The position numbers were made by a program, and so were the translations under genes. Shown here piece by piece: positions 38,092 to 47,944 of a stretch of 64,000 nucleotides of DNA (positions within the stretch are counted from its first letter, which is position 1; each line of letters starts with the position of its first letter). Under the pieces are notes generated by a model. It did no database searches, was not told where the DNA came from, and saw nothing but the letters and a program-made list of their open reading frames with translations. The stretch is from Acidobacteriota bacterium (GTDB lineage Bacteria; Acidobacteriota; UBA890; WLXD01), in the NCBI GenBank assembly GCA_963666055.2, contig CAXWPH010000003.1, positions 1 to 64,000 on the forward strand, given 5' to 3'.

Positions 38092-39861
38092 TTAGGCGGC
38101 CACGTAGTCCACGGCCGTGAGCGTCTCTTGGCGCAGTAGCTCCTCGGCCTTCCGTGCCTCGACGGGCATCGAGAACAGGTAGCCTTGCGCCAATCCGCAT
38201 CCCAGGCTGCGGAGCAGATTCGCCTGCTGCAGTGTTTCCACACCCTCGGCGACGACCGTTAGCTCGAGGCTTTCGCCCAGGGTGATTATTGCCTGCACGA
38301 TCGCCCGATCCTTCTGGTTTTTCTCCAGGGAGTTCACGAAGGCGCGGTCCATCTTGAGCACATCGACGGGGAAATCCCGCAGATAGCTTAGCGACGAGTA
38401 TCCGGTTCCGAAGTCGTCAATTGCCAGGCGCACACCCAACTGCTTGATGTCCTGTAGAAGCGCGATGATGCCGTCTCCCAGGTCGGTCATCACGCTCTCG
38501 GTGATCTCCAAGCAAAGCCGATTTCGGTCGATGTCATAGCGGGACAGTCGGCGCTCGAGCTTCTCGACGAAGCGCGCCTCACCGAGCTGCTTGTTCGAGA
38601 CATTGACGCTCAGCATGAACGCTCGGTCGCCGAGCAGTTTCTCCCACTCCTGGAGCTGGGCACATGCTTGTTCGATCACCCACCAGCCGATCGGGATAAT
38701 CAGCCCGGTATCTTCGGCCACGGGGATGAAATCGCCCGGTGGCACCAGCCCGATCTCGGGGTGTTGCCAGCGAATCAAGCCCTCGCAGCCGACCATGTAC
38801 CCGTCGGTGAGCGATACGTAGGGTTGGTAGTAGAGGATCAGCTCATCGGCGTCGATCGCTCCGCGAAGGTCGTTCTCGAGCTTGAGCTGTGCCATCGCGT
38901 GCTCATGCATGCGCTGATCAAAGACCTCGAAACCGGAGAGATCGCGCTGCTTGGCGCGATACATGGCGGTATCGGCATCGCGCAGATAGTCCTCAGGCCG
39001 GCTGCGACCCGGGTCGCTCATGGCGATACCCATGCACGCCGAGGTGACGATCTCGTGGCCGTCGATCGTTAACGGCTGGCGAAGCGCGTTCTGGATACGC
39101 TCGGCGGTACGAGTGGCCTCCTTGAGGTTCTTGATGTCGTCCACGATTACCACGAACTCGTCGCCGCCGAAGCGTCCGACCACGTCGTTGTGCCGCAGGC
39201 ATCGCGAGAGCACCTTGGCGATCTCCACCAGGAACCTGTCGCCCGCCAGGTGACCTAGACTGTCGTTGACCATCTTGAAGCGATCAAGATCGAGAAATAC
39301 CAGGGCAAAGTGATAGCGCGGATTGCGACGCGCACGCTCTATCGAACGCGACAGGATCTCCATCACCATGGTTCGATTCGGCAGTCCGGTAAGCGTGTCG
39401 TGCAGCGCGTCGTGCTTGAGCTTTCCTTCGGCGAGCTTCCGTTCGGTGACATCCATCACGTACACGAACACGTCGTCACCGCTTGGGTTGGAGTAGTACC
39501 CGAACGAGAACACGCGGTCGTCGACGCTAACCTCGATGTCGCGATAGCCGCCCCGTGTTTGCACGCATTCCGCCACGATCTCGGCGTGCTTGGCGGGGAG
39601 AAATGCCTCGATGGCGTCGATACCGAGCTCGTCCAGTGTCCGCTGGGCGGCCGGGTTGAGGAACTTCACCGCGCCGTCGCTTCCAAAGGTCATGAACGGG
39701 TTTGGGTTTTTGATCGGGAACGCGGCGAGGCGCTTGTTTTCTTGCTCGGTGCTGCGGCGCTGTCGCTCGATGAGCTTCTCGTTAACCAGCGTGAGAGCGC
39801 CCAGCAGCACAAGGCCGAAGAACACACAGGGTCGGTGTCTCTTGATCTGGAACTGCTTCAT
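38092..39861 (-). CDS. PAS-GGDEF-EAL c-di-GMP signalling protein, apparently N-terminally truncated
   Basis: HDTLTGLPNR, RFGGDEF, EGLIRW, DDFGTGYSSL; begins mid-TM next to an AT-rich patch. Confidence 0.9.
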   Translation of the reverse strand: MKQFQIKRHRPCVFFGLVLLGALTLVNEKLIERQRRSTEQENKRLAAFPIKNPNPFMTFGSDGAVKFLNPAAQRTLDELGIDAIEAFLPAKHAEIVAECVQTRGGYRDIEVSVDDRVFSFGYYSNPSGDDVFVYVMDVTERKLAEGKLKHDALHDTLTGLPNRTMVMEILSRSIERARRNPRYHFALVFLDLDRFKMVNDSLGHLAGDRFLVEIAKVLSRCLRHNDVVGRFGGDEFVVIVDDIKNLKEATRTAERIQNALRQPLTIDGHEIVTSACMGIAMSDPGRSRPEDYLRDADTAMYRAKQRDLSGFEVFDQRMHEHAMAQLKLENDLRGAIDADELILYYQPYVSLTDGYMVGCEGLIRWQHPEIGLVPPGDFIPVAEDTGLIIPIGWWVIEQACAQLQEWEKLLGDRAFMLSVNVSNKQLGEARFVEKLERRLSRYDIDRNRLCLEITESVMTDLGDGIIALLQDIKQLGVRLAIDDFGTGYSSLSYLRDFPVDVLKMDRAFVNSLEKNQKDRAIVQAIITLGESLELTVVAEGVETLQQANLLRSLGCGLAQGYLFSMPVEARKAEELLRQETLTAVDYVAA

Positions 39862-40015
39862 AAGAGTATTGAAGTTCTCAAGAGATACTCAATCACTTTA
39901 AAAGATATTAAAAAATAATATTAACTGTTATTAGCTATTATTGGACACTAATGGCCTGTTTTGACGACACTCCACGACGTTGATGCCACGCCCTGGGCGG
40001 AGCAAGATCGGGGAT

Positions 40016-40711
40016 ATGGTCGACTCATGTCCCGATCCTGCCGAGGTTGGAGCGGCGCAGGAAAGTGCCCACATAAATTCAGGCGAGCAGTCGGAGGAGC
40101 TACAGGGACTGGGAGCAAAGCTGGCGGAGCGATTGGAGCTGACGCGGGCGCTGACGTTTGTCGATCTCGAAACGACCGGCCTCGACGTGTGCACCGCTCG
40201 GATCGTCGAGGTGGCGCTAGTTCGCGTCGAGCCGACCGGGTCGGCCGCGAGCTTCGCGACGCTGATCAATCCAACTATCTCGATTCCCGCTGAGGCCACC
40301 CGGGTACACAGCATCTGCAACGATGATGTGGCCGATGCTCCGACCTTTGCCGAGGCGGCTGCCACCGTAGGCAGCTGGCTCGCCGAGTCCGATCTTGGGG
40401 GCTACAACCTGGCGCGGTTCGACCTGCCGTTGCTCGACGCAGAGTTCGAGCGAGCCGGCCACCCTTTCGCATGGGACGAGGCGCGGATCCTCGACGCGTG
40501 CGCGATATTCAAACGCATGGAACGCTGAGATCTTGCCGCCGCCTATCGCTTCTACTGCGCCTCCGAGCTCGAAGGGGCCCACGCCGCCGGTGCCGATGTT
40601 CGTGCCACGATCCAAGTGGTGCTCGGCCAACTGGATCACTATCCGGAACTGCCCCGCGACGTTGAGTCGCTGGATGCCCTCTGGCGTCCACGGAGTGACA
40701 AAGGCTACTAG
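40016..40711 (+). pseudogene. DEDDh 3'-5' exonuclease (DnaQ-like) with in-frame TGA at 40526-40528
   Basis: VDLETTG, GYNLARFD; frame continues past TGA as DLAAAYRFYC..GAHAAGADV (ExoIII) to TAG 40711. Confidence 0.85.
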
Positions 40712-40726
40712 CAGGCCGTGGTGTGG
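40708..40726 (+). repeat. Solo end of the CTAG element
   Basis: CTAGCAGGCCGTGGTG(TGG). Confidence 0.85.
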
Positions 40727-40872
40727 CTCTCGAGCGCAGAAAAACTGCGCCGGTGCATGCCGACGCCGACCCGAGCCGGTAACCTTGTTCGTGACGAGTC
40801 GCTCCTAGATGCGCGGCGAGTCCGACCAAACTTGCTGATCCGATCCGCCTGACCTTCGGGCAGGAGCGCGCC

Positions 40873-41985
40873 ATGAACTTCCAATTCGTTCGATCCGGCT
40901 CACGCTACTCAATCTCCGTCGTGTTGCTGGCCGCGGGTGCCTTGGCGATGCTGTCGGCGGCAGGATGTGCCCGACAGTTGGCGTCGCAGGAGGCATCGAC
41001 GACGACGCCGACGTCTGCGCCTTCGTTGGCTGACACCGATACCGTGCTTGCAACGATCGACGGCGCGCCACTCCGTATGGGAGATCTGGACGACGCGGTC
41101 AACGATCGCCTGGCGGCGCTGGCGTTTGAATACAGCACGCAGCGATTTCAGCTTCTCGAAGCAGGCCTGAAGGGCGCCGTGAGGCGTCGGTTGCTCGATG
41201 CCGAGGCCACTCGTCGCGGCACCACCACGGAAGAGATGGTGGAGGCCGAGATCACCTCGGGGATTCAGGTTACCGCCGAAGACGTGAACGCCTGGCACCA
41301 GGCCAACAGTGCTCGCCTCCAGGGACAGTCACTGGAGGCTCTGCGTCCGGCGATCGAGGAGTTCCTCTTCGAGCAACTACAGGAAGAGGGCACTGAAGCT
41401 TTCACCGCTGAGCTGGCGGCGGATCGCGACGTTACCGTGCTGCTGGAGCCGGTTCGTGCCGATATCGAGACCGAGGGCTACCCGACCCTCGGTCCCGCTG
41501 ACGCGCCGGTCACGCTCGTCGAGTTCTCGGACTTCGAGTGCCCATTCTGCAGCCGTTTTACGCCGACCGTGGACCAGGTCAAGGAAGCGTACGCTGGCCG
41601 GATCCGCTTGGTGTACCGGCAGTTCCCGCTGCGCGAGATCCACCCGAACGCGCAGAAGGCCGCCGAGGCGTCGCTGTGCGCCGAGGAACAAGGGAAGTTC
41701 TGGGAGCTGCACGATCTGATGTTCGCAGAGCAGGACGCCCTGAGCGTCGATGAGCTCAAAGGCAAGGCGGGGCGGCTCGACATGGATACCCAGGCGTTCG
41801 CGATTTGTCTAGATTCAGACCGCTACGTGGATACAGTCCAGGCTGACCTGCGCGCCGGTCAACGTCTGGGTGTCAACGGCACCCCGGCCGTGTTCGTCAA
41901 CGGCCGTCCGATCCCGGGCGGGGCCGTCCCGTTCGAGACGATTGCCAAGATCATCGAGGAGGAGCTCGATCGAGCCGGACGCTAG
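40873..41985 (+). CDS. DsbA-family thioredoxin-fold protein with N-terminal helical domain, probable lipoprotein
   Basis: SAAGC lipobox-like; EFSDFECPFC, GVNGTP. Confidence 0.92.
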   Translation: MNFQFVRSGSRYSISVVLLAAGALAMLSAAGCARQLASQEASTTTPTSAPSLADTDTVLATIDGAPLRMGDLDDAVNDRLAALAFEYSTQRFQLLEAGLKGAVRRRLLDAEATRRGTTTEEMVEAEITSGIQVTAEDVNAWHQANSARLQGQSLEALRPAIEEFLFEQLQEEGTEAFTAELAADRDVTVLLEPVRADIETEGYPTLGPADAPVTLVEFSDFECPFCSRFTPTVDQVKEAYAGRIRLVYRQFPLREIHPNAQKAAEASLCAEEQGKFWELHDLMFAEQDALSVDELKGKAGRLDMDTQAFAICLDSDRYVDTVQADLRAGQRLGVNGTPAVFVNGRPIPGGAVPFETIAKIIEEELDRAGR

Positions 41986-42006
41986 CAGCCCATGGTGGAA
42001 GTGTGA
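41982..42006 (+). repeat. Solo end of the CTAG element forming the whole intergenic spacer
   Basis: CTAGCAGCCCATGGTGGAAGTGTGA runs from the DsbA stop to the next start codon. Confidence 0.85.
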
Positions 42007-42962
42007 TGGCAACCCTTCGGGCGATCCGGGTGATCGATTCGCACACTGGCGGTGAGCCGACGCGTCTGGTCCTCGATGGTGCCCCCGACCTCGGGTCGGG
42101 CACCGCGGCCGAGAGGCTGGCCCGCTTTCGCGACCATCACGACGACTTCCGCTCAACCGTGGTCAATGAGCCGCGCGGGTTCGACGCGATGGTCGGCGCA
42201 GTGCTTTGTGAGCCGTCCTCCGTCGACTGTGCCGCCCAGGTGATCTTCTTCAACAACGTCGGCTATCTGGGAATGTGTGTGCACGGCACCATCGGGGTGG
42301 CCGTGACCCTGGCGTCGATCGGCCGGCTGGTGCCCGGCGCGCATCGATTCGAGACCCCAGTCGGGGTCGTAGGGGTCGAGCTTCGGAACGATGGCCAGGT
42401 TGCTGTGGAGAACGTAGTCAGCTACCGGGTAGCGAGCGGTGTCGAGGTCGCAGTTGCCGAGATCGGCTCGGTGCGCGGCGATGTCGCCTGGGGCGGCAAC
42501 TGGTTTTTTCTGGTCGAAGAGCACGGCCAGCGCCTCGAGGCCGACAACGTGGTGGCGCTCACCGACTATTGCTGGGCGATTCGCAAGGCACTGCAAGCCG
42601 CCAGCGTCGTCGGCGACGATGGCGCCGAGGTTGATCACATCGAGCTGTCCGGGCCGCCGCCAACCGCAGCCACGGACAGCAAGAACTTCGTTCTCTGTCC
42701 GGGCCGCGAGTACGATCGCTCCCCGTGCGGCACCGGCACGAGCGCGAAGATGGCGTGTCTGTGGGCCGACGGCAAGCTGCTGCCCGGGCAAGCCTGGAGG
42801 CAGGAGGGCATCTTGGGCAGCCGCTTCGTGGGGAGCATAAGGGAGGTAGAGGGTGGTGTCTTGCCTACAATCGTCGGCACGGCCTGGGTGACGGGCGAGA
42901 GCACGTTGCTGGTTGGCGACGATGACCCGTTCGGAGCCGGGATTTGCGCCACTAGGCCATGA
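42006..42962 (+). CDS. 4-hydroxyproline epimerase / proline racemase family
   Basis: DSHTGGEPTR, FFNNVGYLGMCVHG, GGNWF, DRSPCGTG. Confidence 0.92.
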   Translation: MATLRAIRVIDSHTGGEPTRLVLDGAPDLGSGTAAERLARFRDHHDDFRSTVVNEPRGFDAMVGAVLCEPSSVDCAAQVIFFNNVGYLGMCVHGTIGVAVTLASIGRLVPGAHRFETPVGVVGVELRNDGQVAVENVVSYRVASGVEVAVAEIGSVRGDVAWGGNWFFLVEEHGQRLEADNVVALTDYCWAIRKALQAASVVGDDGAEVDHIELSGPPPTAATDSKNFVLCPGREYDRSPCGTGTSAKMACLWADGKLLPGQAWRQEGILGSRFVGSIREVEGGVLPTIVGTAWVTGESTLLVGDDDPFGAGICATRP

Positions 42963-44245
42963 ATCCGGTGCGCGACGTTGTCGTGGTGGGCGGGGGCGCC
43001 GTCGGCGTCTGCTGCGCCTACTTCCTGTGGCGCGACGGTCATGCGGTAACGCTTGTCGAACGTGGCGACGGCAGCGACGGCGCCTCGCACGGCAACGCCG
43101 GCATGCTCGTCCCGAGCCATGTCGTGCCGCTTGCGGCCCCTGGGGTGATCGGCCAAGGGCTGCGTTGGTTGTTCAAGCCCGATAGCCCGCTGTACATTCG
43201 CCCGCGCCTCGATGGCGAGCTGTTTCGGTGGCTTTGGCGTTTTCGGGCCTCGTGCACCGAGGCCCATGTGTGCCGTTCGGTCCCGGTGCTGCGCGACCTG
43301 ATGCTGGCGAGCGTTGACCTGTTCCGCGATCTCGCTCAGCTGGACGGCGTCGAGGTGGACCTACACGAGAACGGCATCTTGATGCCCTACGAAACGGAGG
43401 CTGGCAAGCGCCACGCTGTCAAGCACGCCGCGACACTGCGGGCCGCCGGTCTCCAGGTCGACGTGCTCGATGGGCGCGATCTCGGGGAGCTCGAGCCTGC
43501 CCTGCGCACGCCAGCGATCGGCGCCGCGTACTTTCGCCAGGACTGCCACGTTGACCCGTCGAGCTTCGTACGCACCCTGGCCGCCTACTTGCGGGCCCAC
43601 GGAGTCGAGATGCTCTCGTCGACCGAGGTCGCCGGATTCGACCGGCGAGGCGATCGAATCCATGCAGTTCGGACGCGCGATCAACTACTCGCAACCCGAT
43701 CGGTGGTTCTCGCGGCGGGTGCGTTCACCCAGCCACTAGGGGCTGCCGTGGGCGTGCGCGTTCCAGTACAACCCGGCAAGGGATACAGCGTGACGCTTCC
43801 TCGAGGCAGCTGTGGCCTGCGCATCCCGTTGCTCCTGCACGAGGCGGGGGTGACGGTGACGCCGATGAGCGACCAGCTGCGCTTCACAGGTGGGCTGGAG
43901 TTGGTGGGCCTCGATCGTTCGATCAAGCCGAGGCGAGTCGCCGCCATTCTCCGGCAGGTCACGGCGTATCTGCCGGAGACCGACACCGAAGCGATCGTTG
44001 CCGCCACGCATCGAGACCCGAATGCGGTCGCCCCAGCTATGTGGACAGGGTTTCGCCCCTGTAGCCCTGACGGGTTGCCGATCATCGGGAAGGCACCGGG
44101 GCTCACCAACCTGACGCTGGCTACCGGTCACGGCATGCTGGGGCTAGCGCTGGCGCCGATCACCGGGAAGTTGGTAGCGCATCTGGTATCCGGCGAGCCG
44201 ACCCCGATCGGTGTGACCGCACTCGATCCGGCACGGTTCGCATAG
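42959..44245 (+). CDS. D-amino acid dehydrogenase family (likely D-hydroxyproline dehydrogenase)
   Basis: GGGAVG, ASHGNAG, PGKGYS, GFRPCSPDGLP, GHGMLG; start overlaps the epimerase stop. Confidence 0.88.
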   Translation: MNPVRDVVVVGGGAVGVCCAYFLWRDGHAVTLVERGDGSDGASHGNAGMLVPSHVVPLAAPGVIGQGLRWLFKPDSPLYIRPRLDGELFRWLWRFRASCTEAHVCRSVPVLRDLMLASVDLFRDLAQLDGVEVDLHENGILMPYETEAGKRHAVKHAATLRAAGLQVDVLDGRDLGELEPALRTPAIGAAYFRQDCHVDPSSFVRTLAAYLRAHGVEMLSSTEVAGFDRRGDRIHAVRTRDQLLATRSVVLAAGAFTQPLGAAVGVRVPVQPGKGYSVTLPRGSCGLRIPLLLHEAGVTVTPMSDQLRFTGGLELVGLDRSIKPRRVAAILRQVTAYLPETDTEAIVAATHRDPNAVAPAMWTGFRPCSPDGLPIIGKAPGLTNLTLATGHGMLGLALAPITGKLVAHLVSGEPTPIGVTALDPARFA

Positions 44246-44277
44246 TCGCCAACGCCGGCCGCGCCGACGGGGGCGAC

Positions 44278-44301
44278 TGTATACAATGTTCAGAATACAA
44301 T
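44278..44301. promoter_or_regulatory. GntR/FadR-type operator-like palindrome TGTATACA plus a second ATACAAT half-site
   Basis: AT-rich TGTATACAATGTTCAGAATACAAT in a GC-rich background. Confidence 0.45.
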
Positions 44302-44352
44302 TCTCAGGAAGGCCGGGATTGCCACCCCTATTTCGTTCCCGCCGGAGATGCA

Positions 44353-45711
44353 GTGAGAGTGAACGCGGACGGACGGTGGCGAGCGGCGTGGCGCGTCCTG
44401 GTGATGCTCGCGCTACTGGTCTCGGCGACGCCGGCACAGTTTCCGGTGTGGGCCGCCACGGCGCCACCCCAGGAGGCGGACCCGGACGGCACATCAAGGC
44501 CGGGGCCCGCGCTGCGCATCTTCCTCGATTGTGAGCGTCGCTGCGACTTCGACTATCTGCGACGCGAGGTGGCGTTCGTCAACTACGTGCTCGATCGTCG
44601 CGACGCCGATGTACACGTGCTCGTGACGAATCGGCGGACGGGTGCTGGAAACGAGTTCAGCCTCCAATTCATCGGCATCGACGAGTTCGCTGATGAGGTC
44701 GATACCCACGTTTTCACTACCTCGGACACCGATACGGACGACGAGGTGCGGAGGGCGCTCGGTAGCGTACTGACGCTCGGTCTGGCGCCCTATCTGTTGC
44801 GCACGCCGTTGGCCACCCAGATGCGCACCGCGCACGATGCCCCATCGACGTCGGGACCGATGGCGGCCACGCCGGACGAGGACCGGTGGAACTTCTGGGT
44901 GTTTCGCGTCGACGCCAACGCTTCTCTGCGAGGCGAGGAACGCCAGTCATCGCGCCAGGTCGAGGGCGACATCAGTGCGCGGCGGGTGACCGAAGGCTGG
45001 AAGATCTTCGTCGGCGTCGATGGTGAGTACGACGAGCGCAACTTCGAGTTCGATGATGGCGAAGAGCTCAAGAGCGTCGGGCGGGAATTCGGGTTCGGCG
45101 GCCAGGCGATCAAGAGTCTCGGGCCGCGTTGGGGCATCGGTGTGGGGATGGCCGGTGCTTCGTCGACGTTCTCCAACCTCGATCTGTCCAGCCGGGTAGC
45201 GGCGGCGCTCGAGCACAATCTCTTTCCGTACGATGCGTCGTCGCAGCGGCTGTTGACGCTGACCTATTTCGCCGGCGTAACACGCTACATCTTTCGCGAG
45301 GAGACGATCTTCGGACGGACAGAGCAGACGCTGGTCGACCACGGGCTGCTCGTCGCCCTCGAGCTCAATCGCCCATGGGGTGAGGCTGGCTTCACGCTCG
45401 AGGCTGCTCACCTGATCAACGATCCGGGAAAACACCGAGCCGAGATGCGCGGCCAGCTCGACTTCCGGGTCAGTCGCGGACTCAGGCTGAGCGTTTCTGG
45501 CAGGGCGTCGCTGGTCCGCGATCAGATCTTCCTGCCGGCTAGCGGTATCACCGACGAGGAGATTCTCCTGTCTCGCCGCGCCGTCGAAACCGATTTCCGG
45601 TATCGTGTCGGCTTCGGCGTGAACTATACATTCGGCTCGATCTTCAACAACGTCGTCAACCCGCGATTCGCCGGCTCGAGTCGAGGCTTCCATCGGATTC
45701 GGCGACGTTAA
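44353..45711 (+). CDS. Hypothetical exported protein, probably outer-membrane beta-barrel
   Basis: Signal-like N-terminus; amphipathic beta-strands; C-terminal YTFGSIFNNVVNPRF. Confidence 0.7.
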   Translation: MRVNADGRWRAAWRVLVMLALLVSATPAQFPVWAATAPPQEADPDGTSRPGPALRIFLDCERRCDFDYLRREVAFVNYVLDRRDADVHVLVTNRRTGAGNEFSLQFIGIDEFADEVDTHVFTTSDTDTDDEVRRALGSVLTLGLAPYLLRTPLATQMRTAHDAPSTSGPMAATPDEDRWNFWVFRVDANASLRGEERQSSRQVEGDISARRVTEGWKIFVGVDGEYDERNFEFDDGEELKSVGREFGFGGQAIKSLGPRWGIGVGMAGASSTFSNLDLSSRVAAALEHNLFPYDASSQRLLTLTYFAGVTRYIFREETIFGRTEQTLVDHGLLVALELNRPWGEAGFTLEAAHLINDPGKHRAEMRGQLDFRVSRGLRLSVSGRASLVRDQIFLPASGITDEEILLSRRAVETDFRYRVGFGVNYTFGSIFNNVVNPRFAGSSRGFHRIRRR

Positions 45712-45792
45712 ACGGTAGCTGACGAGTTGGCTCCGCTACTCGCCCGCGCTGCCTGCACGCCGGTGCGTTAGCTCGCCGGCGTATCGTTGCCG

Positions 45793-46263
45793 CTACATCC
45801 CGAGGTCCGTCAGGCCGGGATGATCTTCTGGCCGTGCTCCGGGCGCCTCCCAGTGGAACCGTCGGTCGGACTCTTGGATTGGCACGTCGTTGATGCTCGC
45901 CTCCCGCCGCCTCATGAGGCCGGAATCGTCGAACTCCCACTGCTCGTTGCCGTAGGCCCGGTACCAAGTGTCCAAGCTATCATGCCATTCGTATTGGAAG
46001 CGCACGGCGATGCGGTGATCGCCGTATACCCAGAGCTCCTTGATCAGCCTGTAGTCGAGCTCCTTGGCCCATTTGCGCTGCAGAAATGCGCCGATCGCCT
46101 CGCGGCCCTGGAGAAACTCGGCGCGGTTACGCCGCTTGCTGTCCTCGGTATAGGCCATGCACACGCGACCGGGATCGCGCGTGTTCCAGGCGTTCTCGGC
46201 GATGCGCACCTTGCGCACGGCGGAGTCGAAATCGAAGGGCGGTGTGATCGGCACGGCGGTCAT
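45793..46263 (-). CDS. DUF1348 / NTF2-like protein
   Basis: [33 protein letters not shown]. Confidence 0.9.
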   Translation of the reverse strand: MTAVPITPPFDFDSAVRKVRIAENAWNTRDPGRVCMAYTEDSKRRNRAEFLQGREAIGAFLQRKWAKELDYRLIKELWVYGDHRIAVRFQYEWHDSLDTWYRAYGNEQWEFDDSGLMRRREASINDVPIQESDRRFHWEAPGARPEDHPGLTDLGM

Positions 46264-46329
46264 GGGGCTTTCTCTGGCTCTGTGCGGGCGACCTTCCCGG
46301 CCTCCCTCTTTTCGGGTCGACGCCCGATG

Positions 46330-46357
46330 CTAGCAGGCGGTGGTGGAAGTGTGGCGG
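46330..46357 (+). repeat. Solo end of the CTAG element in a divergent intergenic region
   Basis: CTAGCAGGCGGTGGTGGAAGTGTGGCGG. Confidence 0.88.
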
Positions 46358-46524
46358 CGCCAAGGGTAACGACGACTTGGAGTCACTTGCGGCGCCGTCT
46401 GCCGCGCTACTGCTTCTTGCCTCGGTCGGTTTCGTGAGGCGCGCCCAGCTGATAGGTTCGGTTCTCGAATTCTCCGGGTCAGTACGACACGGACCGTTCT
46501 TTCCGTATACCAGGAGACTCAAGC

Positions 46525-47931
46525 ATGGCCAGACTCACGCCTGATCCCAGCTTCTACCCGTCGCCCAAGGATGCTGCGAAGGCTGATCCGGAGGGGCTCG
46601 CATACGTTTCGTTGCTCAATTGCAACGACGACGGCAAGCCAGATGCCATCGGCGTTGTCGACGTCAATCCCGATTCCTCGGACTACGGGAAGCTCATCAG
46701 CCAGGTGGACATGTCGAGCGCCGGCGACGAGCTACACCACTTCGGCTGGAACGCCTGCAGCTCGTGCCTGTGCCCGTATGCGCCGCATCCGCATATGGAG
46801 AGACGCTATCTCGTGGTGCCGGGCATCCACTCGTCGCGCATCCACATCCTCGATACGCAGCCGGATCCGCGCAATCCGAAGATCATCAAGGTAATCCAAG
46901 CTGAAGAGCTGGCCGAGAAGACCGGTTACAGCGCTCCGCACACGGTGCATTGTGGCCCCGACGGGATCTATATCAGCGCCCTCGGCAATGCCGATGGCGA
47001 GGGTCCGGGTGGCATCTTCACCATGGATCACGAGACCTTCGAGCTCGGCGGCGCTTGGGAGGCCGATCGTGGCCCGCAGGAACTTGCTTACGATTTCGGC
47101 TGGCATCTCGGCCAGGACGCGATCGTCACCAGCGAGTGGGGCACCCCCAACATGGTCAGTAGCGGGCTCAATGCCGAGCTGTTGCTGGCCGGCAAGTACG
47201 GTCACGGGCTGCACTTCTGGGATCTGAAGACCCGCTCGCATGTGCAGGCGCTGGATCTCGGTGCCGAGCAGCAGATGGTGCTGGAGGTGCGCCCGGCGCA
47301 CGATCCGGCTCACGCGTATGGCTTCGTCGGTGTGGTGGTGTCGATCGAGGACCTGTCGGCCTCGATCTGGCTGTGGCGCAAGGGCGAGGGTAACGGCGAT
47401 GGCCCTTGGAGCATCAAGAAGGTGGTGACGATCCCGGCGCAGCCGGCCGATGCGGATGACCTGCCCGAGTTGCTCAAGGGCTTCGGCGCGGTGCCGCCGC
47501 TGGTTACCGACATCGACCTGTCGGTTGACGACAAGTTCCTCTATGTCTCGTGCTGGGGTATCGGGGAGTTCCACCAATACGACGTCAGCGACCCCGACAA
47601 CCCCAAGCTCGTCGGCAACGTCAAGCTCGGAGGGATCGTCAGCCGGACGCCGCATCCGGCCAAGCCGGATCAGCCGCTCAACGGCGGGCCGCAGATGGTC
47701 GAGGTGAGCCGCGACGGCAAGCGTGTGTACTTCACCAACTCGCTGTATTCACCGTGGGATGCACAGTTCTACCCGGACGGGATCCAAGGGTGGATGGTGA
47801 AGCTGGATGCTGATCCGAACGGCGGCATGGAGCTTGATCTACGGTTCCTGATGGAGACTGGAGGAATGCGCTCGCATCAGGTGCGGTTGGAAGGAGGCGA
47901 CGCGTCTTCGGACTCGTATTGCTTCAGCTAG
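46525..47931 (+). CDS. Selenium-binding protein SBP56 / methanethiol oxidase family
   Basis: DELHHFGWNACSS, PHTVHC, SEWGTP, GGPQMVE, WDAQFYP, GGDASSD. Confidence 0.93.
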   Translation: MARLTPDPSFYPSPKDAAKADPEGLAYVSLLNCNDDGKPDAIGVVDVNPDSSDYGKLISQVDMSSAGDELHHFGWNACSSCLCPYAPHPHMERRYLVVPGIHSSRIHILDTQPDPRNPKIIKVIQAEELAEKTGYSAPHTVHCGPDGIYISALGNADGEGPGGIFTMDHETFELGGAWEADRGPQELAYDFGWHLGQDAIVTSEWGTPNMVSSGLNAELLLAGKYGHGLHFWDLKTRSHVQALDLGAEQQMVLEVRPAHDPAHAYGFVGVVVSIEDLSASIWLWRKGEGNGDGPWSIKKVVTIPAQPADADDLPELLKGFGAVPPLVTDIDLSVDDKFLYVSCWGIGEFHQYDVSDPDNPKLVGNVKLGGIVSRTPHPAKPDQPLNGGPQMVEVSRDGKRVYFTNSLYSPWDAQFYPDGIQGWMVKLDADPNGGMELDLRFLMETGGMRSHQVRLEGGDASSDSYCFS

Positions 47932-47944
47932 CAGGCCGTGGTGG
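47928..47944 (+). repeat. Solo end of the CTAG element containing the GTG start of the next gene
   Basis: CTAGCAGGCCGTGGTGG. Confidence 0.85.

Noticed and set aside
40526-40528. TGA as selenocysteine or recoded Trp
   Set aside because: Position looks like Arg (CGA>TGA) in a non-redox enzyme; TGA is a normal stop elsewhere in the window.
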